This document shows positions 10,410-20,857 of a stretch of 64,000 bases of DNA, in pieces; within the stretch, counting starts at the first letter, position 1; each line of letters starts with the position of its first letter. This DNA comes from a virus, in IMG/VR virus record IMGVR_UViG_3300042465_006773. One strand, given 5' to 3'. Position numbers and translations under genes: made by a program. The notes below the pieces were generated by a model, which worked only from the letters and a program-made list of their open reading frames with translations, did no database searches and had not been told where the DNA came from.

Positions 10410-10461
10410 AATAAATAAAATGATACACAAATTAAATTAAAATAAATAAAATGATACATAA
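10400..10461 (+). repeat. 31-bp tandem duplication
   Basis: ATTAAATTAAAATAAATAAAATGATACA(C/T)AA twice with one mismatch; duplicates the start region of the next gene. Confidence 0.9.
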
Positions 10462-10978
10462 ACAAACAGACTCAGAAAAACCCTCACTGCATTGGGGATA
10501 CATTAAATGTAAAGGTAAAGTAGCAATTGACTTAGGTTGCGGACGTTGGGAAACCGTTGAATACAGAGACCCATCATGGCCAACTACACCAGAATGGTTA
10601 GTTGAATTAGGTGCTTCAAAAGTAATTGCATTTGACATTGACGCTAATGAAATTAATTGGTACAATGAAAACATAACTCCAAAAATGCCAGTTACCGCAA
10701 TTCATGCTTCTATTGATAGTGTACAAACTGTAAGAGATATTATGGCTACTTATCAACCAAAAGTTGTTAAATGTGATATCGAAGGATATGAAAGAGTATT
10801 TTTAGAATTAAACGATGAAGAATTTACTAGTATTGATTTCTATGCTTTAGAAACTCATAATGATGAACTCTACAATGCGTTTATGGATAAATTTAATACT
10901 TTGGGGTATGAAATTATAGCTACAGTTGATTTAGTTCACGCACCACCAATGAAAGTATTATTTGCTGAGAAAAAATAA
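10451..10978 (+). CDS. FkbM-like SAM-dependent methyltransferase
   Basis: IDLGCG, VIAFD, VKCDIEGYE, LETH. Confidence 0.7.
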   Translation: MIHKQTDSEKPSLHWGYIKCKGKVAIDLGCGRWETVEYRDPSWPTTPEWLVELGASKVIAFDIDANEINWYNENITPKMPVTAIHASIDSVQTVRDIMATYQPKVVKCDIEGYERVFLELNDEEFTSIDFYALETHNDELYNAFMDKFNTLGYEIIATVDLVHAPPMKVLFAEKK

Positions 10979-10996
10979 ATAAAACAATAAATTATT

Positions 10997-12073
10997 ATGA
11001 GTAATAAAATTTTTGAAAATCTGTTTGTATTAGAGTTAGCTAACAACCATTGGGGTTCTTTAAGCAGAGGAAAACAAATTGTAAAAGAATTTGCTAAGGT
11101 TGTTAAGGAGAATAAAATTAAAGCAGCTATTAAATTACAGTTTAGGGATGTGGATAATTTTATTCATAAAGATTTTAAACAAGAAGGTAAAGATATAGAA
11201 TTAGCTACTTTGCCTAAGCGTACTAGATATATTCAAAAGACTTCTAAAACAAAATTAACATATGATGAGTTTAAGGAGTTAATTGATTATATTAAAAAAT
11301 ATGATTGTATCCCAATGTCAACCCCATTTGATGAAAAATCAGTTGATTGGTGTGTACAAATGAACTTACCACTTATTAAAATAGCCAGCTCAGACATCAA
11401 TGACTGGTTATTATTAAATAAAATAGCTAGTACTAAAAAGCCTGTAATTATATCTACAGGTGGAGCTAATGATAAACAAATTGATGACGTTATAAAGTTT
11501 TTTACTAACCGTAATATACCTATAGCTATTAATCACTGTGTATCAAAGTATCCAAGTGAAGATAATGAATTAGAATTAGACCAAATTGATTATCTAAAAC
11601 AAAAATATCCATATTTAGTTATTGGGTTATCAACTCATGAATATCATGATTGGTATTCTTCAATGTATATTTCATATGCTAAAGGAGCTAGAACTTGGGA
11701 AAGGCATATTGACATCCCTTATCCAGCAGGTCACGAGCAAAAAGAAGTATCAAATTATTGTTCATTGCCTAGTCAAATAGATGAATGGTTTAAAGCTTTT
11801 AATAAAGCTAAAATCATGTGTGGTACATCATTAAATGAAAGAAGAGTTATTGATGAAAAAGAATCTAAGTATTTAGAATCACTTTATAGAGGTCTTTATT
11901 TAAAACAAGACTTAGCTAAAGGTACAAAAATAACTGTAGAGCATTTATATAGTGCTATCCCTTATCAAAAAGAAATAAAACATATTACTTCTAGAGAATA
12001 TTTTGATAGTGATTTTATCTTAAACAAAGATTTAAAGAAAGACGCACCTTTAACTAAAAACGATATCATTTAA
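10997..12073 (+). CDS. N-acetylneuraminate synthase family (NeuB/SpsE) with C-terminal SAF/antifreeze-like domain
   Basis: ELANNHWG, STPFD, KIASSD, ISTGG, HCVSKYP, GLSTHE, ERH. Confidence 0.9.
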   Translation: MSNKIFENLFVLELANNHWGSLSRGKQIVKEFAKVVKENKIKAAIKLQFRDVDNFIHKDFKQEGKDIELATLPKRTRYIQKTSKTKLTYDEFKELIDYIKKYDCIPMSTPFDEKSVDWCVQMNLPLIKIASSDINDWLLLNKIASTKKPVIISTGGANDKQIDDVIKFFTNRNIPIAINHCVSKYPSEDNELELDQIDYLKQKYPYLVIGLSTHEYHDWYSSMYISYAKGARTWERHIDIPYPAGHEQKEVSNYCSLPSQIDEWFKAFNKAKIMCGTSLNERRVIDEKESKYLESLYRGLYLKQDLAKGTKITVEHLYSAIPYQKEIKHITSREYFDSDFILNKDLKKDAPLTKNDII

Positions 12074-13809
12074 TGAAAGTTTCGGATATTATTATAAATT
12101 TTTTAGAAAAAAAAGGAATTAACACAGCCTTCACCATATCAGGTGGAGGCTGCATTCATTTAGTAGATTCTTTACGTAAATCTAATATGAATGTTATTTG
12201 TCCTCATCATGAGCAAGCAGCACTAATGGCTAGTGAAGGATACTATAGAATGACCAATAAAATGGCTACTAGTGTTGTAACCACAGGTCCTGGGGGTACA
12301 AATACTATAACAGGTTTGCTTGGTTTATGGTTAGATAGTATACCTTCTATTATTATTTCAGGGCAAGTACCTTCTAATCAACTATCTAAAGGAACAGGAT
12401 GTAGACAAATAGGTGACCAAGAATTTGATATTATTAGTATAGTTAAACCTATGACTAAGTATGCTAAGATGGTTACTGATGCTAATTCTATATTTAGTGA
12501 ATTAGAAAAAGCTTATCAAATGGCTTTAGAAGGTAGACCTGGTCCCGTTTGGTTAGACATACCTTTAGATATACAAGGTGCTAATGTGGATGAAGATACC
12601 CAATTAAGTACATTTTACCCTACTCCAAACTATGACTGCCCAGAACAAATTTTAGAGTGTTTCAAAGAAATACTTGAACAGTCCAAAAAACCACTAGTTA
12701 TAGTAGGTAATGGAATTAGATTATCTAACACTTATAATGAATTAAATGTATTCCTAACTAAAACAAAAATACCAGTAGTAACAGGACCTCATTCAGGTGT
12801 TGATGCTGTTGATAATACTTTAGAATATTATAGTGGCAGAATTGGTATCTTAGGCCAGTTAACATCCAATAAAATAGTTCAAGAAGCTGATTTAATTATA
12901 TCATTAGGTAGTAGATTACCTGTTAAAATGACAGGCTATAATATTCCTGAATTTTCTCCTAATTCAAAGAAAATATTTGTAGATATTGATGTATTTGAAG
13001 TTAAAAAACATAAATTCAATATTGATTTAGCTATTATAACTGACCTTAAAAATTTCTTCTCTGGTATTAGTGATACGAATTATACTTTAGATATATCTGA
13101 ATGGCAATCATTTGTTCTTGAAACTAGAGCAACACAACAGTATTATCATCCAAAACATGAGCAATTAAAAGGATATGCTAGTTTCTATTATTTAGTAAGT
13201 AAAGCACCTAAAATATTTAAAAATACTCCTATAGTTACTAGTAATGGTACGGCTCACGTTATAACATTACAAACATACCAACTAAATAAAGACCAAAGAT
13301 TATTTACAAACGTTGGTTGTGCTAGTATGGGTTATGGGCTACCAGCAGCAATAGGTGCTTGTATAGGTAATAATAAACAAGATATAATATGCGTAGAGGG
13401 AGATGGTAGTATTATGATGAATTTACAAGAACTTGAAACTATAAAAGGATATAACTTACCAGTAAAGATTATATTAATAAACAACGATGGATATTTATCA
13501 ATTAAATTATCACAAGAAGCATTTTTTAATGGAGAAGAATTCGCAAGTAGTCCAACAACAGGAGTAACAATTCCTAACTTTAAAAAAGTTGCAAACGCAT
13601 TTGATATCCATTATCTTAGTATTAAAAATAATAATGAAGTAGAAGATGTGTTAAAAAATATGATGGAAATTAAAGGTCCATGTATGGTGGAAGTATTTAC
13701 CCATCCAAAAGAACGACATGAGCCAAAAGTAACCCATAAGGGAATTGGCCCTGATGGCAAAATTATTCCTGGGGCTTTAACAGATATGTTTATATCAGAT
13801 ACTTTTTAA
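12073..13809 (+). CDS. Thiamine-pyrophosphate enzyme, acetolactate synthase-like (YerE-type sugar-branching candidate)
   Basis: HHEQAA, TTGPGGTN, GRPGPV, SMGYGLPAAIG, GDGS...NN TPP motif. Confidence 0.9.
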   Translation: MKVSDIIINFLEKKGINTAFTISGGGCIHLVDSLRKSNMNVICPHHEQAALMASEGYYRMTNKMATSVVTTGPGGTNTITGLLGLWLDSIPSIIISGQVPSNQLSKGTGCRQIGDQEFDIISIVKPMTKYAKMVTDANSIFSELEKAYQMALEGRPGPVWLDIPLDIQGANVDEDTQLSTFYPTPNYDCPEQILECFKEILEQSKKPLVIVGNGIRLSNTYNELNVFLTKTKIPVVTGPHSGVDAVDNTLEYYSGRIGILGQLTSNKIVQEADLIISLGSRLPVKMTGYNIPEFSPNSKKIFVDIDVFEVKKHKFNIDLAIITDLKNFFSGISDTNYTLDISEWQSFVLETRATQQYYHPKHEQLKGYASFYYLVSKAPKIFKNTPIVTSNGTAHVITLQTYQLNKDQRLFTNVGCASMGYGLPAAIGACIGNNKQDIICVEGDGSIMMNLQELETIKGYNLPVKIILINNDGYLSIKLSQEAFFNGEEFASSPTTGVTIPNFKKVANAFDIHYLSIKNNNEVEDVLKNMMEIKGPCMVEVFTHPKERHEPKVTHKGIGPDGKIIPGALTDMFISDTF

Positions 13810-13810
13810 T

Positions 13811-14443
13811 ATGACTATATTTTTAACAGGAGGAAATGGAGGAATTGGTTCAACAATAGTTGATGTTTTAAAAAAAGCTAATATTGAAGTAATATCTCCT
13901 TCTTCAATAGAACTAAATTTAAACAAAGAGTTTGATGTGACTCATTATCCTGAAATAGATGGTTTTATACATTGTGCTGGGGCTAATGATTTAAAATCAC
14001 ATGATAATGTGGTATTAAATGAGTTATACAATATATTTAAAATTAATACAATTAGTTTTATTGAGTTATGTGGTCAATTAAAATTTAAAAACAATTCTAA
14101 TATTATAGCAATTGGGTCATTATATGCTACTATGACTAAAGAAAACCGAATCCAGTACGCTACATCTAAACATGCTTTGTTAGGGGCTGTAAAGACTATA
14201 GCTTTAGAAAAAGCCTCAAATAATATTAAAGTTAATATGGTATCACCGGGTTTTGTTGATACCCCTTTAACTAGACAAAACAATTCTCAAGAACGTATTA
14301 ATTATCTAAATCAAAATATACCATTAGGTCTTACAAATCCCTTGGAAATAGCTAATTTTTGTTTATATTTAATTCAATATAATAATTCTATCACCGGACA
14401 AAACATAAACATAGATGGTGGTTATACATTAAAAGGATTATGA
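13811..14443 (+). CDS. SDR family oxidoreductase
   Basis: TGGNGGIG, YATSK, VSPGFVDT, ITGQNINIDGG. Confidence 0.9.
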   Translation: MTIFLTGGNGGIGSTIVDVLKKANIEVISPSSIELNLNKEFDVTHYPEIDGFIHCAGANDLKSHDNVVLNELYNIFKINTISFIELCGQLKFKNNSNIIAIGSLYATMTKENRIQYATSKHALLGAVKTIALEKASNNIKVNMVSPGFVDTPLTRQNNSQERINYLNQNIPLGLTNPLEIANFCLYLIQYNNSITGQNINIDGGYTLKGL

Positions 14444-15465
14444 CAAATAAATTTTTTATTCAAAACACAGAATTAGAAACATCTGTAAAAAAAACATCTA
14501 AATTCACAGTTTATTCTCATCCTAAAAATTATGATGTAATATTTGAACCATTTAAAAATACATTTACTGAAGAACAAGTTGTACTAGTAGATAAAAATAT
14601 ACAGCAACTTTATAATATACATCATTCTAAACTAATAATTATTGATGCCACAGAAGAAAACAAATGTATTGAAACTGTTTTAGATGTCTGTGAAACATTA
14701 TTAAAATATAATTTTGATAAAGGCAACACATTGATAGTGATTGGGGGAGGAATTATTCAAGATATTGGAGCCTATACCGCTAAAACTTTTAAAAGAGGTA
14801 TTAAATGGGTTTTTTATCCTACAACATTATTATCACAATGTGATAGTTGCATTGGAGGTAAAACCGCCTTAAACTTTAAAAAATATAAAAACCAATTAGC
14901 TTTATTTTCATCCCCAGATAAAGTGATTATTGATACAAATTTTTTATCAACCCTATCATCTCAAGACATAACATCAGGATATGGAGAAATTGTTAAATTA
15001 TTTCTTATCGGAGGAGAATATTATGTTAGTAATATCAACAACTGGGATTTAGAAACTAGTATATTTCATGCTCTATCTATTAAAAAAGCAGTTATTGAAT
15101 ATGATGAATTTGAACTTTTAGAACGCAAGTCATTAAATTATGGTCACTCATTTGGGCATGTAATTGAAACCCTTACTAATTATAGTATTCCTCATGGAGA
15201 AGCAGTTATGTTAGGTATTGAAGTAATAAATAAAATTTATACTAAATCTCCTTTAATTAGTAATCTTATATCTAATTTTACTAGTTTAGATAAAATAAAG
15301 AATATAAATATTGAAAAATTAGTCAATAATATAAAAACTGATAAAAAGGTTACAAATGGAGTGATATCATTTGTTGTTGTACCTGAGATTGGGACAACAA
15401 TTTTTGTTAATAGTTTAATAGACGATTTACTTATTAAGAATGTGTATGAAATATTTACTAATTGA
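14440..15465 (+). CDS. 3-dehydroquinate synthase / sugar-phosphate cyclase family
   Basis: GGGIIQD, PTTLLSQCDSCIGGKT, KNQL, LNYGHSFGH, HGEAV. Confidence 0.9.
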   Translation: MTNKFFIQNTELETSVKKTSKFTVYSHPKNYDVIFEPFKNTFTEEQVVLVDKNIQQLYNIHHSKLIIIDATEENKCIETVLDVCETLLKYNFDKGNTLIVIGGGIIQDIGAYTAKTFKRGIKWVFYPTTLLSQCDSCIGGKTALNFKKYKNQLALFSSPDKVIIDTNFLSTLSSQDITSGYGEIVKLFLIGGEYYVSNINNWDLETSIFHALSIKKAVIEYDEFELLERKSLNYGHSFGHVIETLTNYSIPHGEAVMLGIEVINKIYTKSPLISNLISNFTSLDKIKNINIEKLVNNIKTDKKVTNGVISFVVVPEIGTTIFVNSLIDDLLIKNVYEIFTN

Positions 15466-16378
15466 TTTTGGGGCCACATACATTAAATGTGCTGTTTATA
15501 ATAAAACTCAAGACCAATATGTTAAAGGACAAATAATTCCTTCTCCTTTTTTTAAAGTTAATAAAATTTCTAAAGTTGAATTATTAAATATTCTTTTTAA
15601 TATTGTTTCTTTACATGAAAAGGTTGATGGTATTATTATATGTACTATCTTAGGAGGTTCATATGTTGAAAATATTTACTACTCTTGGAAATCTTTTCAA
15701 TCTAATAAGGGAGATAAATGTATGATAAGTGGTTTATTTAATGCTAAACCACATATCCATCATTCCCCATTTACTAATTCTTCTGACTATTCAAATAAAC
15801 TAGAAATCATAGGAAATGTTTTATCTACACCTATATATAGCTCACTTGGAGACACAGATTGTGTTATTAAATCTATTAACCTTACCCAAAACTCTGTAGC
15901 TATTAATATGGGGACAGGTTCTCAGATTATCACATTAAATAAAATAGAAAGATATTTCCCTTCAGGAAGAATGTTTTTAACATTTCAAGAATTATTTCAA
16001 TCTATAGGGATTAATATGTTTGAATTAATGGGTAATATCCAAATTGAAAATGTAATACACAGTTCATTAAATTTAAATTTAAATGTCTTTAAACAATCTC
16101 GAAATTATAATTTTGGGGGAAGTATATCTAATATAAACGAAGGTAGTTTTAATATTCAAAATCTATTAGGTTCAATTTTAAAAGAATTTGTTTTACAATA
16201 TAAATCTTTTATCCCTGAATTTAGTGAAATATTATTACTTGGAGGTATATCTAAAAAAATTAGTATACTACCTGACCTATTTAAAATATACTACCCTAAA
16301 TCAACAGTAATATTACTAGAAGATGATATTGAGTCTACTCATAAAGGTATGATTAAATATATAAAAGAAGAATTATGA
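15446..16378 (+). CDS. ASKHA-fold (FGGY-like) sugar kinase, divergent
   Basis: IDFGATYIK, LGDT, INMGTGSQ, LLGG. Confidence 0.65.
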   Translation: MKYLLIDFGATYIKCAVYNKTQDQYVKGQIIPSPFFKVNKISKVELLNILFNIVSLHEKVDGIIICTILGGSYVENIYYSWKSFQSNKGDKCMISGLFNAKPHIHHSPFTNSSDYSNKLEIIGNVLSTPIYSSLGDTDCVIKSINLTQNSVAINMGTGSQIITLNKIERYFPSGRMFLTFQELFQSIGINMFELMGNIQIENVIHSSLNLNLNVFKQSRNYNFGGSISNINEGSFNIQNLLGSILKEFVLQYKSFIPEFSEILLLGGISKKISILPDLFKIYYPKSTVILLEDDIESTHKGMIKYIKEEL

Positions 16379-17139
16379 AAATATTAATAACAGGCGGCAA
16401 TGGTTATATAGCCAAAAGTTTATATAACTCATTAAAAAATTCATATGAAATAACCACACTAACCAGAAATAATTTTGATTTAAATCACTTTAAAATACTG
16501 GATTCATATCTAAAACACAAATACTTTGATGTAGTAATTCATTGCGCTGTAAGTGGGGGGGATAGATTTAAACAAGAAACCTGGAAGGATATGGATAATA
16601 ACCTTCAAATGTATTATAACCTGCTCAATTGTAGGGATAGATTTGGAAAATTAATCCACTTTGGTTCGGGTGCAGAAATAACTCAACCAGAATCTCCATA
16701 TGGTCTAAGTAAACGAGTTATAGCTAAATCTATATTGGAACAAGAAAATTTTTACAATATTAGAATATTTGCCGCTTTTGATGAAAACGAATTAGATACA
16801 CGATTTATTAAAGGAAATATAAAACGGTACATAAACAAAGAACCTATTATCATTCATCAAGATAAACTAATGGATTTCTTTTATATGAAAGATTTAATTT
16901 CATTGGTTGATTATTATATTCAAAATGAAAATCCGCCAAAAGAAATAGATTGCTCATACCCAGAATCTCATACTTTATTTAATATTGCAAATGTGATAAA
17001 TAATTTGGATACTCATAAGGTTCACATTATATTTAATAATGATGGGATGGGTGAAAAATATTGTGGTAATCCCAATACACTTTTAAACTATATTGGATTA
17101 GAGGTTGGTATTAATGAAGTTTATAATAAATTAAAATAA
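16375..17139 (+). CDS. NAD-dependent epimerase/dehydratase
   Basis: ITGGNGYIA, GSGAE, YGLSK. Confidence 0.85.
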   Translation: MKILITGGNGYIAKSLYNSLKNSYEITTLTRNNFDLNHFKILDSYLKHKYFDVVIHCAVSGGDRFKQETWKDMDNNLQMYYNLLNCRDRFGKLIHFGSGAEITQPESPYGLSKRVIAKSILEQENFYNIRIFAAFDENELDTRFIKGNIKRYINKEPIIIHQDKLMDFFYMKDLISLVDYYIQNENPPKEIDCSYPESHTLFNIANVINNLDTHKVHIIFNNDGMGEKYCGNPNTLLNYIGLEVGINEVYNKLK

Positions 17140-17286
17140 ACTTTACAAAAAAAGAAAAATAAAGAAAATAACTATTTATATATTGACACATATTCGTAAT
17201 ATAATAATAGTAAAGGTTACAAGATTAGTAGAATTAACCTATGGTTTAAATGAAACGATAAATGACTATAAAAAATTAAAAATCAG

Positions 17287-18294
17287 ATGAAAATCAACGC
17301 TTTAATGGTTGCAGTTGGATTTGGTCCAACATATAAAAAAAGATTATTAAATAATATAAAGACAAATAAAGGTTATGAAAAATATGACGTTTTAATAATA
17401 ACTGATGATGTTGAATATTGGGACGATATAAAAAATAAAGAAAATATTTTTATTGAACACATTGACGATTTAAGAAAAGATTATCCTTGGTCAATAGAAA
17501 ACGAAAAATTACCTAATGAGAAAAGGGACGAAATAAAATACGCAAAAGAAATTATTGAGAATGATTTTAAATTCCCAACATTACTACATAGATTTAGTTT
17601 TATATGGAAAAATGCTCAAAATTATGATGGTTTTATATGGCCAAATACCGACGTATTACCTAAAGAAATCACAGAAAATCATGTAATTGAAATGAATAAT
17701 TATTTTTCAAAAAAAGAATTTTTGAGTAGTGGAACAAATAAAAATTATACTTGGTGCACCGATATTGATTTACCAAAAAAACATATAATTATGTGTCCAG
17801 GTGGTCATCCATATGATAGTCACGAACAACATAGTCATTTAGTAGATTACACAAAAAAAATTAACGAAAAATATAAAATAACCGATAAAGAAATCATTCA
17901 TAATTTTTTAATGTTTGATGGTAACTTTACAACCTATAATTTTCCAAATAAAACTTATTATTTTAAATTTTTTGATTTAATAAATAATATTTTAAAAGAA
18001 TATTTTGAAAATAAAGATGAGTTTTTTAAAATAGGTGGTAATACCATATGGTTAACGGGTCAAGAGTATATAACATCAATTGCAATGTATTTAATGAATG
18101 GAACAATGATACCATTAAATACTTGTAACATATTAGGTAGCCAAACATTTGACATATGTTGTTACCCCGAAGATAGATTTTGGAATTGGGGGTGGGACCG
18201 CGATATTAATGAAGGACAAGAAGGGTTTATTAGAAAGCATTATGATAAATTAAAACATTTTTATGAATCTCGAGGACAAAAATGGGTTTACTAA
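17287..18294 (+). CDS. Hypothetical protein, possible divergent glycosyltransferase
   Basis: IITDD, NTD motif; paralogous to 7232-8254. Confidence 0.55.
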   Translation: MKINALMVAVGFGPTYKKRLLNNIKTNKGYEKYDVLIITDDVEYWDDIKNKENIFIEHIDDLRKDYPWSIENEKLPNEKRDEIKYAKEIIENDFKFPTLLHRFSFIWKNAQNYDGFIWPNTDVLPKEITENHVIEMNNYFSKKEFLSSGTNKNYTWCTDIDLPKKHIIMCPGGHPYDSHEQHSHLVDYTKKINEKYKITDKEIIHNFLMFDGNFTTYNFPNKTYYFKFFDLINNILKEYFENKDEFFKIGGNTIWLTGQEYITSIAMYLMNGTMIPLNTCNILGSQTFDICCYPEDRFWNWGWDRDINEGQEGFIRKHYDKLKHFYESRGQKWVY

Positions 18295-18321
18295 TTGTCT
18301 TTTTTTATTTATCATCATTTT

Positions 18322-19098
18322 ATGATAGAACAATTAAAATTATACGATGTTAAATCACCAAAACTTAGATTAGGTAATGACGCGGATGGGGGGTACGTTG
18401 TTACACAAGAAATTTTAAACAAAAGCACCGCTTTATTTTCATATGGTGTAGGTTCAGATATCTCATTTGAACTAGATTACGTAAAAAAAACAAATAAATC
18501 GTCGTTTTTTTATGACCACACAGTTAATTCCCCAGAGATTCCCGAAAAATATTCACATTTAATGTTTTTTAAAAAAGAAGGGTTATCATATAAAAAAGAA
18601 GATATGTTAAATAGTTTTTTTTCACATTATGATGAAAGTGGTGTTAAAGGAAAAGTACTATTAAAAATGGACATAGAAGAAAATGAATTTTCTTTTTTTT
18701 TAAATACAGACATTGAAAAACTATCAACATTGGTTTCGGGTATTGTTGTTGAATTTCATTTATTAGGTAGAGAAGAAAATTTTAATAATTTTTTTAAAAT
18801 TTTAGAAAAGTTAAATAAGTATTTCTATCATTGTCATTTACATGCCAATAATTATGCTGGTAGTTTAATTTATCATGAGTATGATATAGAATTTATATTA
18901 CCACACGTTTTGGAATTGACTTTTACAAATAAAGATATTGTTCCATATAATGGAAATTTTTTTGAAAAAATATTTAAATATGATAATAAAGTTCCATTAG
19001 ATATGGGTGAATTTCCAACAGAACACGATAGAAAAAATGATTGGAATAGACCTGACCATTCTTTATCTTTTATAAATACAATAAATAAATTACAATAA
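18322..19098 (+). CDS. Methyltransferase (FkbM/Methyltransf_22-like)
   Basis: RLGNDADGGY, SYGVGSDISFE, LKMDIE, VEFH, HANN. Confidence 0.75.
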   Translation: MIEQLKLYDVKSPKLRLGNDADGGYVVTQEILNKSTALFSYGVGSDISFELDYVKKTNKSSFFYDHTVNSPEIPEKYSHLMFFKKEGLSYKKEDMLNSFFSHYDESGVKGKVLLKMDIEENEFSFFLNTDIEKLSTLVSGIVVEFHLLGREENFNNFFKILEKLNKYFYHCHLHANNYAGSLIYHEYDIEFILPHVLELTFTNKDIVPYNGNFFEKIFKYDNKVPLDMGEFPTEHDRKNDWNRPDHSLSFINTINKLQ

Positions 19099-19100
19099 AT

Positions 19101-19946
19101 ATGATTTATATTTCACTAACTACAGTACCATTAAGAATGGAACAAACCAACGAGTTTAAAAAAAATTTGGAGTCTTTATTATTTCAAAAAACAAATAAAG
19201 AATATAAAATATTATTAAATATTCCTTATAAATATAGAAATGGGACAAGAGAATATAATATTTCGGAAGAATTACAAAATTTTTTTAACATAAACAATAA
19301 AATTATAATTAATAGAATAGAAAAAGATTACGGTCCTGTGGTTAAGATAACAGGTGCGTTGTCTTATGTTACAAATCCAGAAGATATCTTAATTGTGTGT
19401 GATGATGACCATTATTATCATGAAGACATGGTTGAATATCATGTAAAAAAAATAAATGAACATCAAAATACTATTATTTGTTTTAGAGGCGACAACCCAA
19501 TAGAAAAAAGAGAATGGATTGAAGATGGTGTAACTAAATACACACTAAGTCCAACTCACGTTTATTTTCCTGTAAAACACGATTCACAATTAATTGTACC
19601 AGGTCACTGGCACAGTGTATCGTATAAAAGAAGTTATTTTGATGATGATTTTTTGAACGAAGATTTTTTATCGTTATCAACAAATGATGACATATTAGTT
19701 GGGTACTATTTTAGATTGAAACAAAAACCAATTATTTGCGTGAGGTGGGATGATGAAAAAGATTGGAGAATGGTTAATAGTGATGGTAGGAATTCACATT
19801 CGTTTCCAATTCTTTACCCCTTACCATTTCCCGATTCAGGATTTAACGAGCATAGAAAAGAAGCGAATAATCACATGGGTTTTATGGACCAAAAAATATA
19901 CAACGAATTTACACAAAATAATCATAAAATATATATTGAAAATTAA
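19101..19946 (+). CDS. GT-A fold glycosyltransferase
   Basis: ISLTTVPLR, DYGPVVK, VCDDD, NDDILV. Confidence 0.75.
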   Translation: MIYISLTTVPLRMEQTNEFKKNLESLLFQKTNKEYKILLNIPYKYRNGTREYNISEELQNFFNINNKIIINRIEKDYGPVVKITGALSYVTNPEDILIVCDDDHYYHEDMVEYHVKKINEHQNTIICFRGDNPIEKREWIEDGVTKYTLSPTHVYFPVKHDSQLIVPGHWHSVSYKRSYFDDDFLNEDFLSLSTNDDILVGYYFRLKQKPIICVRWDDEKDWRMVNSDGRNSHSFPILYPLPFPDSGFNEHRKEANNHMGFMDQKIYNEFTQNNHKIYIEN

Positions 19947-19951
19947 ATAAT

Positions 19952-20797
19952 ATGTCTTTTTTAGAAAAATTAAAAAAATTAATAATTGGGGAAGAAAAAA
20001 AAGTTGTTATTACGCTGACAACAATACCATCAAGGTTAAGTGCTGAGCACGAAACAGGATTAAAAAGTAACATTAAATCATTAATTGAGCAAGATTACGA
20101 TGGTGAATATGAAATACACTTTAATGTTCCATCATTTTATAAACAAACAGGGGAAAAATACGTTGTACCTCAATGGTTAAGAGATGTTTCATCTAATTTT
20201 CCTAAGTTAAAAATATTTGAAAATTTAGAAGATTACGGTTCAATAACAAAGTTGGTCCCAACTTTGTTAAGAATTTCAAATGAAAATACAATTATTATAG
20301 TTTGTGACGATGATTTGGTTTATCACCCAAAAATGGTCGAGGAACAAGTTAAAAACCAAGAAAATTACGAAAATACCGCTTGTGGGTATGATGGAAGTAG
20401 GTGTGTGCACCCCAATGAGTTCAACGATATTAGAGATTCTTTCGTTGTCTCAGTTTATAAAGATGTGTACGTAAAAATTTTACAACATTACAAAACAATA
20501 TCTTATAAAAGGTCTTTTTTTAAACAAGATTTTTTTGATGAATTTCTTGGTGGTTCTTGGGCGGACGATATTTTGGTTTCCGCGTATATGGGGAAATCGG
20601 GTATTAAAAAATTAGTTAGGTATTATGAACATGAAGAAAAATTGATAACTATCGAACAATGGCAATCAAAAGGTGGTGTTTTAACATTCCCCGTAATTTC
20701 ACATACAACACATGAAGGTCTTGAAGGATGTAATCTATTTAGGCAAAAACAAATAGATGATAATCATATGAAATATATTAATTTGGGATGGATATAA
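19952..20797 (+). CDS. GT-A fold glycosyltransferase (paralogue of the previous gene)
   Basis: ITLTTIPSR, DYGSITK, VCDDD, ADDILV. Confidence 0.75.
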   Translation: MSFLEKLKKLIIGEEKKVVITLTTIPSRLSAEHETGLKSNIKSLIEQDYDGEYEIHFNVPSFYKQTGEKYVVPQWLRDVSSNFPKLKIFENLEDYGSITKLVPTLLRISNENTIIIVCDDDLVYHPKMVEEQVKNQENYENTACGYDGSRCVHPNEFNDIRDSFVVSVYKDVYVKILQHYKTISYKRSFFKQDFFDEFLGGSWADDILVSAYMGKSGIKKLVRYYEHEEKLITIEQWQSKGGVLTFPVISHTTHEGLEGCNLFRQKQIDDNHMKYINLGWI

Positions 20798-20857
20798 AAA
20801 TTCAATTAAAACTCAATATTAAAAATTATAATAAATTAATCACAAAAAATTAAAATT

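Noticed and set aside
12073-15465. ilvB and aroB as amino-acid auxiliary metabolic genes
   Set aside because: They sit within a nucleotide-sugar operon with no other ilv/aro genes; a sugar-modifying role is more parsimonious, so no gene symbols were given.
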